64,000 bases of DNA, from the NCBI GenBank assembly GCA_031459625.1, contig JAVKIH010000001.1, forward strand, positions 108,316 through 172,315, read 5' to 3'. The stretch's first letter is position 1. Each line of letters begins with the position of its first letter. Positions 36,656 to 47,000 of the stretch are shown piece after piece. Made by a program: the position numbers and the translations under genes. Below the pieces are notes generated by a model. The model searched no databases and was not told the DNA's origin. It saw only the letters and a program-made list of their open reading frames with translations. The stretch is from Candidatus Geohabitans tengchongensis (GTDB lineage: Bacteria; Sysuimicrobiota; Sysuimicrobiia; Sysuimicrobiales; Humicultoraceae).

Positions 36656-37663
36656 GTGAGCCAGTACCTCCTGGGGCGGATCGCCTCCACGGGGCTGGTC
36701 CTCGTGGGGGTCTCCGCCCTCACGTTCTTCATCGCCCACGTCGTCCCGGCCGACCCGGTCCTGGTCGCCCTCGGCGAGCACGCTCGCGAAGACCAGATCC
36801 AGGCCTACCGCCGCGCCTACGGACTGGACCGTCCGGTCCTGGTCCAGTACCTGCTCTACATGGGCCGCCTGGCCCAGGGAGACCTTGGCGTCTCGATCCG
36901 CACGCGGCGTCCCGTCGCCGATGACCTGCGCGAGTTTCTCCCGGCCACCATCGAGCTGGGGACGGCGGCCTGGGTTGTCGCCCTCCTCCTCGGCGTACCT
37001 GCGGGGATCGTCTCGGCGATCTACAAGGACCGGCTCTTCGACCACCTCTGCCGCATCGCCGCGCTGATGGGCGCCTCCATGCCCGTGTTCTGGCTAGGGC
37101 TCCTGCTGCTGGGCAACGTCTACTATCGTCTGCGCTGGCTTCCCGGACCCGGCCGGCTGGACATCGCCCTCAGCCCCCCGCCGTCGCGGACGGGGCTGCT
37201 GCTGGTCGATGCCCTGCTCGCGGGCGACGGCGCCGTCTTCGGCAACGCCCTCCTCCACCTGGTCCTGCCCGGCCTGACCCTGGGCCTCTTCTCCACTGCC
37301 GTGGTCGCCCGGATGACGCGCTCCGCCATGCTGGAGGTGCTCTACCAGGACTACGTCCGAACGGCCTGGGCGAAGGGGCTCCCCGGACGCCGGGTAGTCC
37401 TCCGGCATGCCCTGAGGAACGCCATGATCCCGACCCTGACCATCATCGGGATCGCCTTCGGCAATCTGCTCTCCGGAGCCGTACTCACGGAAACCGTCTT
37501 CGCCTGGCCCGGGCTGGGGCGCTACGCCACCACCTCAGCGGTCAGCCTCGACTTCCCCGCGGTCGTGGGCGTGACGCTCGTCGCGGCCGTGATCTACACC
37601 CTTGTCAACCTCGTGGTCGACCTGCTGTATGTGCGTCTCGACCCGCGGGTGCGTTATGACTGA
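36656..37663 (+). CDS. Peptide ABC permease (DppB-like)
   Basis: GLDRP, GDLGVS, PATIEL, DYVRTAWAKGL, ETVFAWPGLG, DPRVR. Confidence 0.93.
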   Translation: MSQYLLGRIASTGLVLVGVSALTFFIAHVVPADPVLVALGEHAREDQIQAYRRAYGLDRPVLVQYLLYMGRLAQGDLGVSIRTRRPVADDLREFLPATIELGTAAWVVALLLGVPAGIVSAIYKDRLFDHLCRIAALMGASMPVFWLGLLLLGNVYYRLRWLPGPGRLDIALSPPPSRTGLLLVDALLAGDGAVFGNALLHLVLPGLTLGLFSTAVVARMTRSAMLEVLYQDYVRTAWAKGLPGRRVVLRHALRNAMIPTLTIIGIAFGNLLSGAVLTETVFAWPGLGRYATTSAVSLDFPAVVGVTLVAAVIYTLVNLVVDLLYVRLDPRVRYD

Positions 37664-38555
37664 CCGTAGGCGTATGACCGAGCACACGGCCGGTCCGCCT
37701 GTCCGCCAGCCCGTACGTCGCCGCCGCGGGATGCTCCGCGGGATGGGACGCAGCCGCCTGGTGACCGCGGGTGCGGTCGTCGTCCTGGGCTACGTCCTGG
37801 CCGCCGTCGCGGCGCCGCTGCTGGCCCCCCACCCGCCGCTGGCCCAGTCCCTGGACCACCGGCTGGAACCGCCCCAGCCGGGGCATCCGCTCGGGCTCGA
37901 CCAGCTCGGGAGGGACATTGCCAGCCGGTTGTTGTTCGGCGCGCGGCTATCGCTGCTCGTCGGCCTGGTCGTCGTCGCCCTGGGCGGCAGTCTGGGGACG
38001 GCGGTGGGCGTGCTCGCGGGGTTCGCCGGGGGGCGCATCGACCACGTCCTCATGCGCATCACCGACGTCTTCTTCGCCTTTCCCCCGCTCATCCTGGCCA
38101 TGGCCATCGCCGCCGCCCTCGGCCCCAGTCTGGTCAATGCCATGGTGGCCATCGCCCTGGTGACCTGGCCGGTCTATGCACGCCTGAGCCGCGCGCAGAC
38201 GCTGGTGTTGCGCCGGCAGGAGTTCGTGGAGGCGGCCCGCGCCGTCGGTGCCAGCGACCTCCGGGTCATCACACGGCACTTGCTGCCCAACACGCTCTCC
38301 CCGCTGATCGTGCAGGCCTCCTTCAACATGGGCGAGGCGATCCTGATTGCCGCCGGCCTGAGCTTCATCGGTTTCGGCGCGCAGCCGCCCACGCCGGAGT
38401 GGGGGGTGATGATCAGCGAAGGCCGGGACTACATCACGACCCAGTGGTGGGTCCCGACCTTCCCTGGCTTGGCCATCCTCTTTGCCGTGACCGGGTTCAA
38501 CCTCGTTGGCGATGGCCTGCGCGACCTGCTGGATCCGCGTCTGCGCGGCCGCTGA
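37656..38555 (+). CDS. Peptide ABC permease (DppC-like)
   Basis: HPLGLDQLGRD, EFVEAARAVGAS, LSFIGFG, PEWG, GDGLRDLLDPR. Confidence 0.93.
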   Translation: MTDRRRMTEHTAGPPVRQPVRRRRGMLRGMGRSRLVTAGAVVVLGYVLAAVAAPLLAPHPPLAQSLDHRLEPPQPGHPLGLDQLGRDIASRLLFGARLSLLVGLVVVALGGSLGTAVGVLAGFAGGRIDHVLMRITDVFFAFPPLILAMAIAAALGPSLVNAMVAIALVTWPVYARLSRAQTLVLRRQEFVEAARAVGASDLRVITRHLLPNTLSPLIVQASFNMGEAILIAAGLSFIGFGAQPPTPEWGVMISEGRDYITTQWWVPTFPGLAILFAVTGFNLVGDGLRDLLDPRLRGR

Positions 38556-38909
38556 GCGGGTATCGGTGCGTGACGAGCGGGTGAGATCCACTCGCCCGCC
38601 CGGAGGCTCTCGCGGTCCGCAGCAGGACTACATCACCGGAAACCGCGAAGCATGAGCGCGGCTCCATCGTCGGGAATTCGGCACGCACCATCACCGGGGG
38701 AAGGTGACCAGTCATGGTCAGGGGGGGTCATGCAGGCAAGTGGCCTGGGAGAGGAGGTGAAGGAGATACCGCCCTCATCCATCGACGGTCACGCCCGCGG
38801 TTCCTGCGCCGCCATCCGGTGACGACGTGCGCCCCTGTCCTGTGACACGGCCGGCACGGCGGCAACGGGCCGCAGCCGGCTGCACCCCACCCGACCGAGG
38901 AGGTTCCCC

Positions 38910-40013
38910 ATGATCGACCCGCGGCTCCAGAAGCTCGCCCGCGTGCTCGTCCACTATTCGGTGAAGGTCCGCCCGGGACACCTGGTGCGCCTGAGCGGTC
39001 CCATGGTGGCGGCGCCCCTGCTCGGCGCGCTCTACGAGGAGGTGCTGCGCGCCGGCGGCCACCCGCTCGTCCGGGTGGGGCTGGAGGGCGCGGAGGAAGT
39101 CTTCTACGCCCTGGCCTCCGACGAGCAGCTGGCATTCGTCTCCGAGGTCGAGCGGGTGGAGGTCGAACGGGTGGACGCCCACATCGGCGTCTGGGCCAAC
39201 ACCAACACGCGCGCCCTCACCAACGTGGACCCGCGGCGGATCGCCCGCCGGCAGGAGGCGTGGCGGCCAATCCAGGAGCGGTTCCTGGAGCGGGCCGCCG
39301 CCCAGGCCCTGCGCTGGTGCGGCACCCAGTTCCCGACGGCCGCCGACGCCCAGGAGGCGGACATGTCGCTGCGGGAGTGGGAGGAGTTCGTCTTCGGGGC
39401 GGGGATGCTCGACCAGGAGGACCCCGTGGCGGCCTGGGAGGCGATGGGGCGCGAGCAGGAGCGCCTGATCGCCTACCTGGAGCGGTGCGGCACCCTGGAG
39501 CTGCACGGACGCGACATCGACCTGGTCGTCGGGATCCGGGGGCGCAAGTGGATCAAGGCCGCGGGGGAGTACAACTTCCCGGACGGGGAGATCTTCACCG
39601 GCCCGGTCGAGGACGACGTGGACGGGCGCGTGCGCTTCTCCTTCCCCGCCGTCTCCCAGGGGCGGGTGGTGGAGGGGGTGGAGCTGGTCTTCGAGCGGGG
39701 GCGCGTGGTCCAGGCGCGCGCCGACCGGGGCCAGGACTTCCTGCTGGCGATGCTGGAGGTGGACGAGGGGGCGCGGAGGCTCGGGGAGTTCGCCTTCGGG
39801 CTCAACGAGCGCATCACGCGCTTCACCAAGCACATCCTCTTCGACGAGAAGATCGGGGGGACGGTGCACATGGCGCTGGGGAGCGGGTATCCGGAGACCG
39901 GGTCGCGCAACCGCTCCGGTCTGCACTGGGACCTCATCTGCGACCTGCGGGAGGGGAGCGAGGTCCGCGCCGACGGCCAGGTGATCTACCGCGACGGCCG
40001 CTTCCTGATCTGA
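38910..40013 (+). CDS. Aminopeptidase, M29 family
   Basis: NFPDGEIFTGP, LGEFAFG, LFDEKIGGTVHMALG, SGLHWDLI. Confidence 0.93.
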   Translation: MIDPRLQKLARVLVHYSVKVRPGHLVRLSGPMVAAPLLGALYEEVLRAGGHPLVRVGLEGAEEVFYALASDEQLAFVSEVERVEVERVDAHIGVWANTNTRALTNVDPRRIARRQEAWRPIQERFLERAAAQALRWCGTQFPTAADAQEADMSLREWEEFVFGAGMLDQEDPVAAWEAMGREQERLIAYLERCGTLELHGRDIDLVVGIRGRKWIKAAGEYNFPDGEIFTGPVEDDVDGRVRFSFPAVSQGRVVEGVELVFERGRVVQARADRGQDFLLAMLEVDEGARRLGEFAFGLNERITRFTKHILFDEKIGGTVHMALGSGYPETGSRNRSGLHWDLICDLREGSEVRADGQVIYRDGRFLI

Positions 40014-40109
40014 GGGCGTGCGCGGCGGGCCGGCCCCGCGACCGGCGGGGGCCCTGGCCTGCCCGGCCTGGGGCGGTCGACGCTCGCGCCGGAGCAGCGG
40101 CCGGCGGGG

Positions 40110-40382
40110 TCAGGCGCGCTCGAGCTCGTCGATCAGCTCGTCGAACATGCTCTGCGTCTCCGCCGTGACCTCGTCGGCCATCTCGGCGTAGGCGTCGTGC
40201 TCCTGGGCCTTCGTCTGGATGTTGTCGAGCATGTTGGCTTCGATCTCCCGCAGGAAGGCCACGATGTCCTCCCGGGGGAACTCGCCGAACTCGCCCGCCT
40301 TCACCCGACGCACGAACTCATCGAGGCCCCGGAGCTCCACGAGGCAGAGCTGCTCGTAGATCTCCCACAGCCGTTCCACCAT
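40110..40382 (-). CDS. Small acidic hypothetical protein
   Basis: GGGAGG RBS before ATG, strong GC3 codon bias, 90 aa. Confidence 0.75.
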   Translation of the reverse strand: MVERLWEIYEQLCLVELRGLDEFVRRVKAGEFGEFPREDIVAFLREIEANMLDNIQTKAQEHDAYAEMADEVTAETQSMFDELIDELERA

Positions 40383-40529
40383 GCCTCCCGCCCCCCAATG
40401 GAGTCGTGCACGTCATCGAGGTCGGGTCGTCGTCTCGTCTCGCTCTTCGCGCACCCGGCGGAGATTCCTCTCGGCATTCCCCCGGCGTGGGGAGGGCGCT
40501 CCGGCGTGGGAGAGGGGCACGGGGCTCCC

Positions 40530-40920
40530 TCAGGGGCGCAGGAGCACGGCCCGGACGGGGCTGCGTCCCGGCCGCGCAGCCGCAGCGGCAGGGCCACCAG
40601 GACGTAGGACCCCTCCTCGACGTCGCTGAGGTCGATCGTCTCCAGCACCGCCACGCCGGCGGCGAGGAGGGTCGCGTGCATGGGGAGAGTCGTCCCCGGC
40701 GCGCGCTCCACCGTGAGGTAGTCGAGGCCCACCAGCCGCACCCGGCGGTCTGCCAGGATCGCGGCCGCGCCCGGATCGAGGTGGACGCAGGCGTCGGTGA
40801 CCCGGCCGGCGCGGAGCAGAGCGGAGTTGCGCGTGCGGAAGAGGAGCCGCTCACCCGGCTGTGGGGCCAGGCTGCGGACGACGCCGGCGTCGATGACCCC
40901 GGCAAGCTCTCGCGGACCAC
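40530..40920 (-). pseudogene. Cyclase/kynurenine formamidase family pseudogene (C-terminal half)
   Basis: RLLFRTRNS...VGLDYLTVE...HATLLAAGVAVLETIDLSDVEEGSYVLVALPL...DAAP. The HxGTHxD half is absent (in-frame TGA upstream), and a 1-nt frameshift precedes VRAVLLRP*. Confidence 0.75.
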
Positions 40921-40999
40921 TCCCCCGGCGCCATAGCGCTCACCCCCACCACCCTTTCCCCGCCTTCGGGCGCTCCCCTTCGCGGGCTGCCCTTCGGGG

Positions 41000-41193
41000 A
41001 GTCGAGGCGCGGCGGCTGCCGGGGCGCCCTCCGCTTCACCCTGACGAAGGGGACCTTCAGCCACACCGACGTGCTGCCCGCCGCCATCCTGCGCGACCCG
41101 TTGCAGGCCCGCCAGCGCGTCAACCTGATCGTGACCCGGCTGAGCAAGCAGGTGGAGCGGGCCCACCTGGAGGAGGCGGGGCGCGGGTCGTAG
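41000..41193 (+). pseudogene. 3' fragment of an unknown gene
   Basis: LRFTLTKGTFSHTDVLPAAILRDPLQARQRVNLIVTRLSKQVERAHLEEAGRGS* with host codon bias but no start codon. Confidence 0.45.
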
Positions 41194-41293
41194 GTGGGCG
41201 GCTGCGAAGTTGCATCGCCGGCCCCGGTGGTGGCTCACGGCGCGGCGGCTCTGCTAGAATGGCTGTGGTCTCCGCTCGAGGAGCTGCCAGCGG

Positions 41294-41369
<76 letters not shown>

Positions 41370-41499
41370 GCGATGTCCGCGGATCGGTCCTGCGCAGAGA
41401 CCTCGTCGGTGGCGCGTCCTGCTCGACCGTCGCGGCCTCGTCCTGCTGAACCCCCTCGCCGTCCTGCTCATTCCGGTGACCCTGGTGGACGGGGATTGT

Positions 41500-41525
41500 T
41501 GACCGACCGGTCGGTCAGCTATACT
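41500..41525 (+). promoter_or_regulatory. TetR operator overlapping the promoter
   Basis: Perfect 18-bp palindrome TGACCGACCGGTCGGTCA (41500-17) abutting TATACT (41520-25). Confidence 0.85.
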
Positions 41526-41536
41526 GGGGCGCGCCC

Positions 41537-42418
41537 ATGACCGCCCGCCCGGCCCTCGCCGCCCGGACCCGCGCCGCCATCTTGGGCGCGGCGCGGCGGC
41601 TCTTCGCGCGCCGGGGCTTCGCCGGCACGGCCGTCCGGGAGATCGCCGTGGCGGCGGGCGTCTCGAAGGCGCTCATCTACCACCACTTCCGCGACAAGGA
41701 CCGCCTCTTCTCCCTGCTACTGGCGCAGGCGGCGGGGCTGGTGCGCCGGGAAGTCGTGGCGCTCCCGCCGGAGGAGCCGCCGGTGCGGCAGATGGCCCGG
41801 CTGATCCTCCAGTACCTGCGCTTCGCGGAATCCCACCCGGACCTGCTGCGCCTCCTGCTGCGGGAGGAGGCGCACGGCGAGGCCGGGCGGGCTCCAGCCC
41901 TGCTGGCGCGGCTGCGCCGGGAGGAGCAGGCGGCGTTCGAGGCGGTGATCCGGCGCGGCGTCGCCGCGGGGGCCTTCAAGGAGGTCGACCCCGCCGTCTC
42001 TGCCTCGGCGGTGGCGAGCGCCGTCCGGCTGCTGGCGGCGGCGTTCGCCGGGGCGCCGCACCTCACGGCGGACGGCCGGCGTCCCCCCGCCGTGGAGGTG
42101 GCGGCCAATGCGCTCGACATCCTCCTCAACGGCCTGGCCCGCCGGCCGCACCCGCGGCGCGAGGTCGAGACCCTGCTGACCGGTATGGCGGGCCCCGCCC
42201 ATACCCCGCCGCGGACCTCGCGCCCGAGCGGCGCTCGCGAGGCGAGCAGCGCAGCCACGGCGCGGGCAGCACGGGGGCGCGGGAGCGGGAGGCCGCGGCG
42301 GGGGGGGCGCAGGATCGGTGGGACCGGCGGAACAGGAAGCGGGCACGGTGAACGGGCGTTCACCTCACTTGAACGTCTGAGGGGTCGGGCGCACCGCCCG
42401 CGGGAGGCATCGGCGTGA
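41537..42418 (+). CDS. TetR/AcrR family regulator with long low-complexity C-terminal tail
   Basis: ILGAARRLFARRGF, REIAVAAGVSKALIYHHFRDKDRLF. Confidence 0.9.
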   Translation: MTARPALAARTRAAILGAARRLFARRGFAGTAVREIAVAAGVSKALIYHHFRDKDRLFSLLLAQAAGLVRREVVALPPEEPPVRQMARLILQYLRFAESHPDLLRLLLREEAHGEAGRAPALLARLRREEQAAFEAVIRRGVAAGAFKEVDPAVSASAVASAVRLLAAAFAGAPHLTADGRRPPAVEVAANALDILLNGLARRPHPRREVETLLTGMAGPAHTPPRTSRPSGAREASSAATARAARGRGSGRPRRGGRRIGGTGGTGSGHGERAFTSLERLRGRAHRPREASA

Positions 42419-44007
42419 GGGCTCGGGTCTGGTGGATCGTCGTGGTCATCGTCCTGGCGGCAGGGGGAGCGCTGCTGGTCGGACGGGTGCGGCCCCGCAC
42501 CGGCGCGCAGGTGGCTGCGCCGGCACCGGGCGCGACGGCGTCCGGGCCGGGGCCGCAGGCGGCATCTCCGGCGGCGCTGCCCGTGGAGGCGGTGCGGGTA
42601 CAGCAGGGGACCATCGAACGGCGCGTGGCCGTGAGCGGCAGCGTCACCTCGGTGCAGCTGGTCCGCCTCTTCGCCAAGCGCTCGGGCCAGGTGGTCGCCG
42701 TCCTCGTCCGGGAGGGTGACCGCGTCGCAGCTGGGCAGGCGCTCGTGCAGCTCGACACGACCGACGCCGCCATTCGCGTCCGGCAGGCCGAGGCCGCCGC
42801 GCGCGTCGCCGAGGCCCAGTACGCCCTGGTGGCCCAGGGAACCCGGCCGGAGCAGGTGGCCCAGGCCGAAGAAGCGGTGCGGCAGGCGCGCGCGCAGGTG
42901 CGCGCGGCCGAAGCCCGTCTGGCGCTCCTGCGTGCCGGCGCCCGGCCGCAGGAACGGGAGCAGGCGCGCCAGGCCGTCCGCCAGGCGGAGAGCGCCCTGG
43001 CCACGGCCGAAGCCCAGCGGCGCGCCGCGCTCAGCGCCGCCGAGACGGCGGAGGCCCACCTGCAGCGCATGGAGACGTTGCTGCGCGAAGGGGCGGTGGC
43101 CCAGGTGCAGGTGGACCAGGCGCGGCTGGAGGCCGAGCGGGCCCGCGCCCAGGTCCGCACGGCCGAAGCCCAGGTGGCTGCGGCCCGCGCGCAGCTGGAG
43201 AGCGCGCGCCAGCAGGCCAGCCTGGTTGAGAGCGGTCCCCGCGCGGAGGAGGTCCAGGCGGCCGATGCGCAGGTGGCGCAGGCGCGCGCCGCGCTGCGGC
43301 AGGCGGAGCAGGCGCTGCTGCTGGCGCGGCGGGGGGCGCGGGCGCCGGAGGTGGCTGCCGCCGCGGCCCAGCGCGACCAGGCGCGGGCTGTGCTGGCCGA
43401 GGCCCGGCAGGCCCTGGCCGACCTCACCCTGCGCGCGCCGTTCGCGGGCCGGGTGGCGCAGGTCCGCGTGGCGCGGGGGGACCTGGTGACCGCAGGGGAG
43501 TTCGGCCAGCCGGTGGTCGTCGTCTACGACGACCGCGCCCTCGAGGCCGAGGTGACGGTCGGCGAGCGCGAGGCGCCGCTGGTGCGCCCGGGACAGCCGG
43601 CCGTGCTGCGGGCCGAGTCGGCGGGCGGGGCGGCGGTGTCCGCGGTGGTGCGCACCGTGGCCTTGCTGGCCCAGCCCGGCAGCCGCACCGTCAGCGTCCG
43701 GCTGCGGCTGGCCGCGCCGCCCCCGGGCGTGCTGCCCGGGACCTTCGTCCGCGGGGCCATCGCGGTGGAGCGTCGCCGCGGCGTCCTCACCGTGCCCCGG
43801 GCCGCCGTCCGCCGGGTCGACGGCCGGGACGTCGTCTGGCTCGTCGAGGGGGGCGTGGTGCGGGTCCGTCCCGTGGCGGTGGGCCTGATCCAGGACGCCC
43901 GGGTGGAGGTGCGGCGCGGCGTGCGGGCGGGCGACCTGGTGGTCACGCTCGGTCCCGAGGCGGTGACGGAGGGCACACGGGTCACCGTGGTGCGGGAGGT
44001 GCGCTGA
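42415..44007 (+). CDS. RND efflux periplasmic adaptor subunit
   Basis: N-terminal TM, SGQVVAVLVREGDRVAAGQAL, long coiled coil, LRAPFAGRV, VPRAAV. Confidence 0.92.
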   Translation: MRARVWWIVVVIVLAAGGALLVGRVRPRTGAQVAAPAPGATASGPGPQAASPAALPVEAVRVQQGTIERRVAVSGSVTSVQLVRLFAKRSGQVVAVLVREGDRVAAGQALVQLDTTDAAIRVRQAEAAARVAEAQYALVAQGTRPEQVAQAEEAVRQARAQVRAAEARLALLRAGARPQEREQARQAVRQAESALATAEAQRRAALSAAETAEAHLQRMETLLREGAVAQVQVDQARLEAERARAQVRTAEAQVAAARAQLESARQQASLVESGPRAEEVQAADAQVAQARAALRQAEQALLLARRGARAPEVAAAAAQRDQARAVLAEARQALADLTLRAPFAGRVAQVRVARGDLVTAGEFGQPVVVVYDDRALEAEVTVGEREAPLVRPGQPAVLRAESAGGAAVSAVVRTVALLAQPGSRTVSVRLRLAAPPPGVLPGTFVRGAIAVERRRGVLTVPRAAVRRVDGRDVVWLVEGGVVRVRPVAVGLIQDARVEVRRGVRAGDLVVTLGPEAVTEGTRVTVVREVR

Positions 44008-47000
44008 TGTCGCTGGCCGCCCTGGCGGTCCGCCGCCAGGTCCTCGTCCTCATGGTGATCGCGGGCCTGCTCGTCCTGGGCCTCATCGCCTACGGCCGCC
44101 TGCCGGTGGAGCTCTTCCCCAACGTGCAGTTCCCTTTCGTCAGCGTCGTCACCGCCTACCCGGGGGCCGGGCCGGAGGAGGTGGAGCGCCTCATCACCCG
44201 GCCGCTGGAGGAGCAACTTAGCTCGCTGACCAACGTGCGCACCATCCGCTCGATCTCCGCCGAGGGCGCCTCCACGGTGGGCATCGAGTTCGCCCTGGGG
44301 ACGGACATCGACGCGGCGGCCGCGGACGTCCGCCAGCGCGTCGACCTGGTGAAGGCCGGCTTCCCCCGGGACGCGCAGGATCCCATCGTGCAGAAGTTCG
44401 ACTTCAGCGCCCTGCCGGTGGTGCTGCTGGGGGTGAGCGGGCCGAGCGGGCTCGGGTTGCGCGAGCTGGCCGAGGAGGTGATCAAGCCGCGCCTGGAGCG
44501 CGTCCCCGGCGTCGCCGCCGTCACGGTCTCGGGAGGCCGCGAGCGGGAGATCGAGGTGGCGGTGGCGCAGGACCGCCTGCGCGCCGAGGGGTTCACCATC
44601 GACCAGGTGGAGGAGGCCTTGCGCCTGGCCAACCTCAACATCCCGGCGGGTCGCCTGCGGGCGGGGGACGAGGAGTTCCTGGTGCGGGTGGTGGGGCAGT
44701 TCGGCCGCGTGGAGGCCATCGGGGACCTGGTCCTGCAGCGCGGCGACGGCTACACCATCCCCCTGCGCGCGGTGGCCGAGGTCCGGGAGACCTTCCGCGA
44801 GCCCGATCAGTTCACGCGCCTCAACGGCCGGGACAGCGTGGGCCTGAGCGTGCAGAAGCAGGCCGGGGCGAACACCGTGGAGGTGGCCGAGGGGGTGCGG
44901 CGGGTCGTCCGCGACCTGCGTGGGATCCTGCCGCCGGGCACGGCCATCGCGGTGGCCCGGGACGACTCCCTCTTCATCCGGGACGCCATCGCCGACGTGC
45001 AGGGGAACCTCCTCCTGGGCGCCGCCCTGGCCACGCTCGTGGTCCTCCTCTTCCTGCACGACCTGCGCTCCACGGTCATCATCGCCCTCGCCCTGCCGGC
45101 GGCGATCGTCGCCACCTACATCCCCATGTTCTTCTTCGGCTTCTCCCTCAACACCCTCTCCCTGCTGGCGCTGGCCATCGCCATCGGGCTGATGGTGGAC
45201 AACGCCATCGTGGTGAACGAGAACATCAGCCGGCACCTGGCCCTGGAGCCCACACCGGCCCTGGCGGCCGAGCGGGGCGCGCGCGAGGTGGAGCTGGCCG
45301 TGTGGGCCAGCAACCTGGCCAACGTCGCCGTCTTCATCCCCATCGCCTTTACCCGCGGGCTGGTGGGGCAGTTCTTCCGCCAGTTCGGCCTCACCGTGGT
45401 CTTCGCCAACCTCTTCAGCATCCTCATCGGCTTCACGCTCACGCCGATGCTCTCAGCCCGCTGGCTGCGGCCGCGCCGCCCGGAGGACCGCCCCGGGCGC
45501 TTCGCCACCTGGTGGGACCGCGGGTTCGGCCGCCTGCAGGACCGCTACGCCGGGCTGTTGCGGTGGGCGCTGGGGCGCCGCTGGACGGTGGTGGGCGGCG
45601 CGGCCCTGCTCTTCGCGGCCAGCCTGGCCCTGGTGGCCTCGCCGCTCATCGGCAAGGAGTTCTTCCCCACGGGGGACTACGGGCAGTTCCAGGTGAGCGT
45701 GACCATGCCGCCCGGCACGGCCTTGCGCCAGACCGACCGGGCGGTGCGGGCCGTGGAGGCGGTGCTGCGCGACCTCCCCGAGGTGGAGGCGGTCTTCGCC
45801 CTGGTGGGCGGCGCCGAGGACCCCTTTCTCGGGACGACCAGCGGGAGCCAGCGGGGGCAGATCTTCGTGAACCTGGTGCCCCGGGAGCGGCGCACCCGCT
45901 CGGTGGACGAGGTGATGGCGGAGGTGCGCGCCCGCACCCGCCGCATCGCCGGCGCGGAGGTCCACGTGGCCGCCCAGGGCGGTGCCGGCCCGGGCACGGC
46001 GCCGGTGCAGGTGGAGCTGAGCGGGCCCGACGTGGCCGTGCTGCAGCGCCTGGCCGCGCAGGTGGAGCGCATCGTGGCCCGCACGCCCGGGACGACCAAC
46101 GTGGACACGAACCTGGACGCCGGGACGAGCGAAGTGCAGGTCCGGCTGGACCAGGCGCGCCTGGCCGAGCTGGGGCTCACTACCGCCCGCGTGGGCACGG
46201 CGGTGCGCCAGGCCCTGGCCGGGGTGGCGGCCAGCCGCTACCGCGGCGTCGGCCAGGAGGTCGACATCGTCGTGCGGGCCGGCGCCGCGGACCGCGCCGC
46301 CGTGGAACGGCTGGCCGACCTGCACGTGGCCACGGTCGGCGGCCGCCCGGTGCGCCTGGGGGACGTGGCCACCCTGGAGGTGCGGCGGGGCCCGGCGGTC
46401 ATCGAGCGCAAGGACCGGCAGCGCCTGGCCGTGGTCTCGGCCAGCCTGCTGGGCCGGCCGCTGAGCGCCGTGGTGAACGACATCCAGCGCGCCCTGCCCG
46501 CCGTCGCGCTGCCCCCGGGCTATACCGTGCGCTTCGGCGGCGAGGCCGAGTTCCAGCGCGAGACCTTCGGGGACATGCTCTTCGCCCTGGGATTGGGGTC
46601 GCTGCTGGTCTACATGACCATGGCCGCGCAGTTCGAGTCCCTGGTGCAGCCCTTCGTCATCATGTTCAGCCTGCCGCTGGCGTCCATCGGCACCTTCCTG
46701 CTGCTGCTGCTCACGCGCACGACGGTGTCGCTGATCTCGCTGCTCGGCATCGTCATGCTCGCCGGCATCGTGGTGAACAACGCCATCCTGCTGGTGGAGT
46801 TCATCACGCAGCGGCGCCGCGAGGGCGCGCCGCGCCAGGAGGCCATCCTGGCGGCGGCGCGCACACGGTTGCGCCCCATCCTGATGACGGCGCTGGTCTC
46901 CATCATGGGCGGGCTGCCGGTGGCGCTGGGGCTGGGGGCGAGCGGGGCGGAGTGGCGCCGTCCGCTGGGCGTGGCCGTGCTGGGCGGCATGTTCACCTCC

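Noticed and set aside
38879..38893. CTGCACCCCACCC as a possible attR copy of the tRNA-Val 3' end
   Set aside because: Short, gapped match that is easily produced by chance at this GC content.
42130..42418. TetR C-terminal tail as an extra domain
   Set aside because: Low-complexity Arg/Gly/Ala sequence with poor codon bias; more likely read-through of former intergenic DNA.
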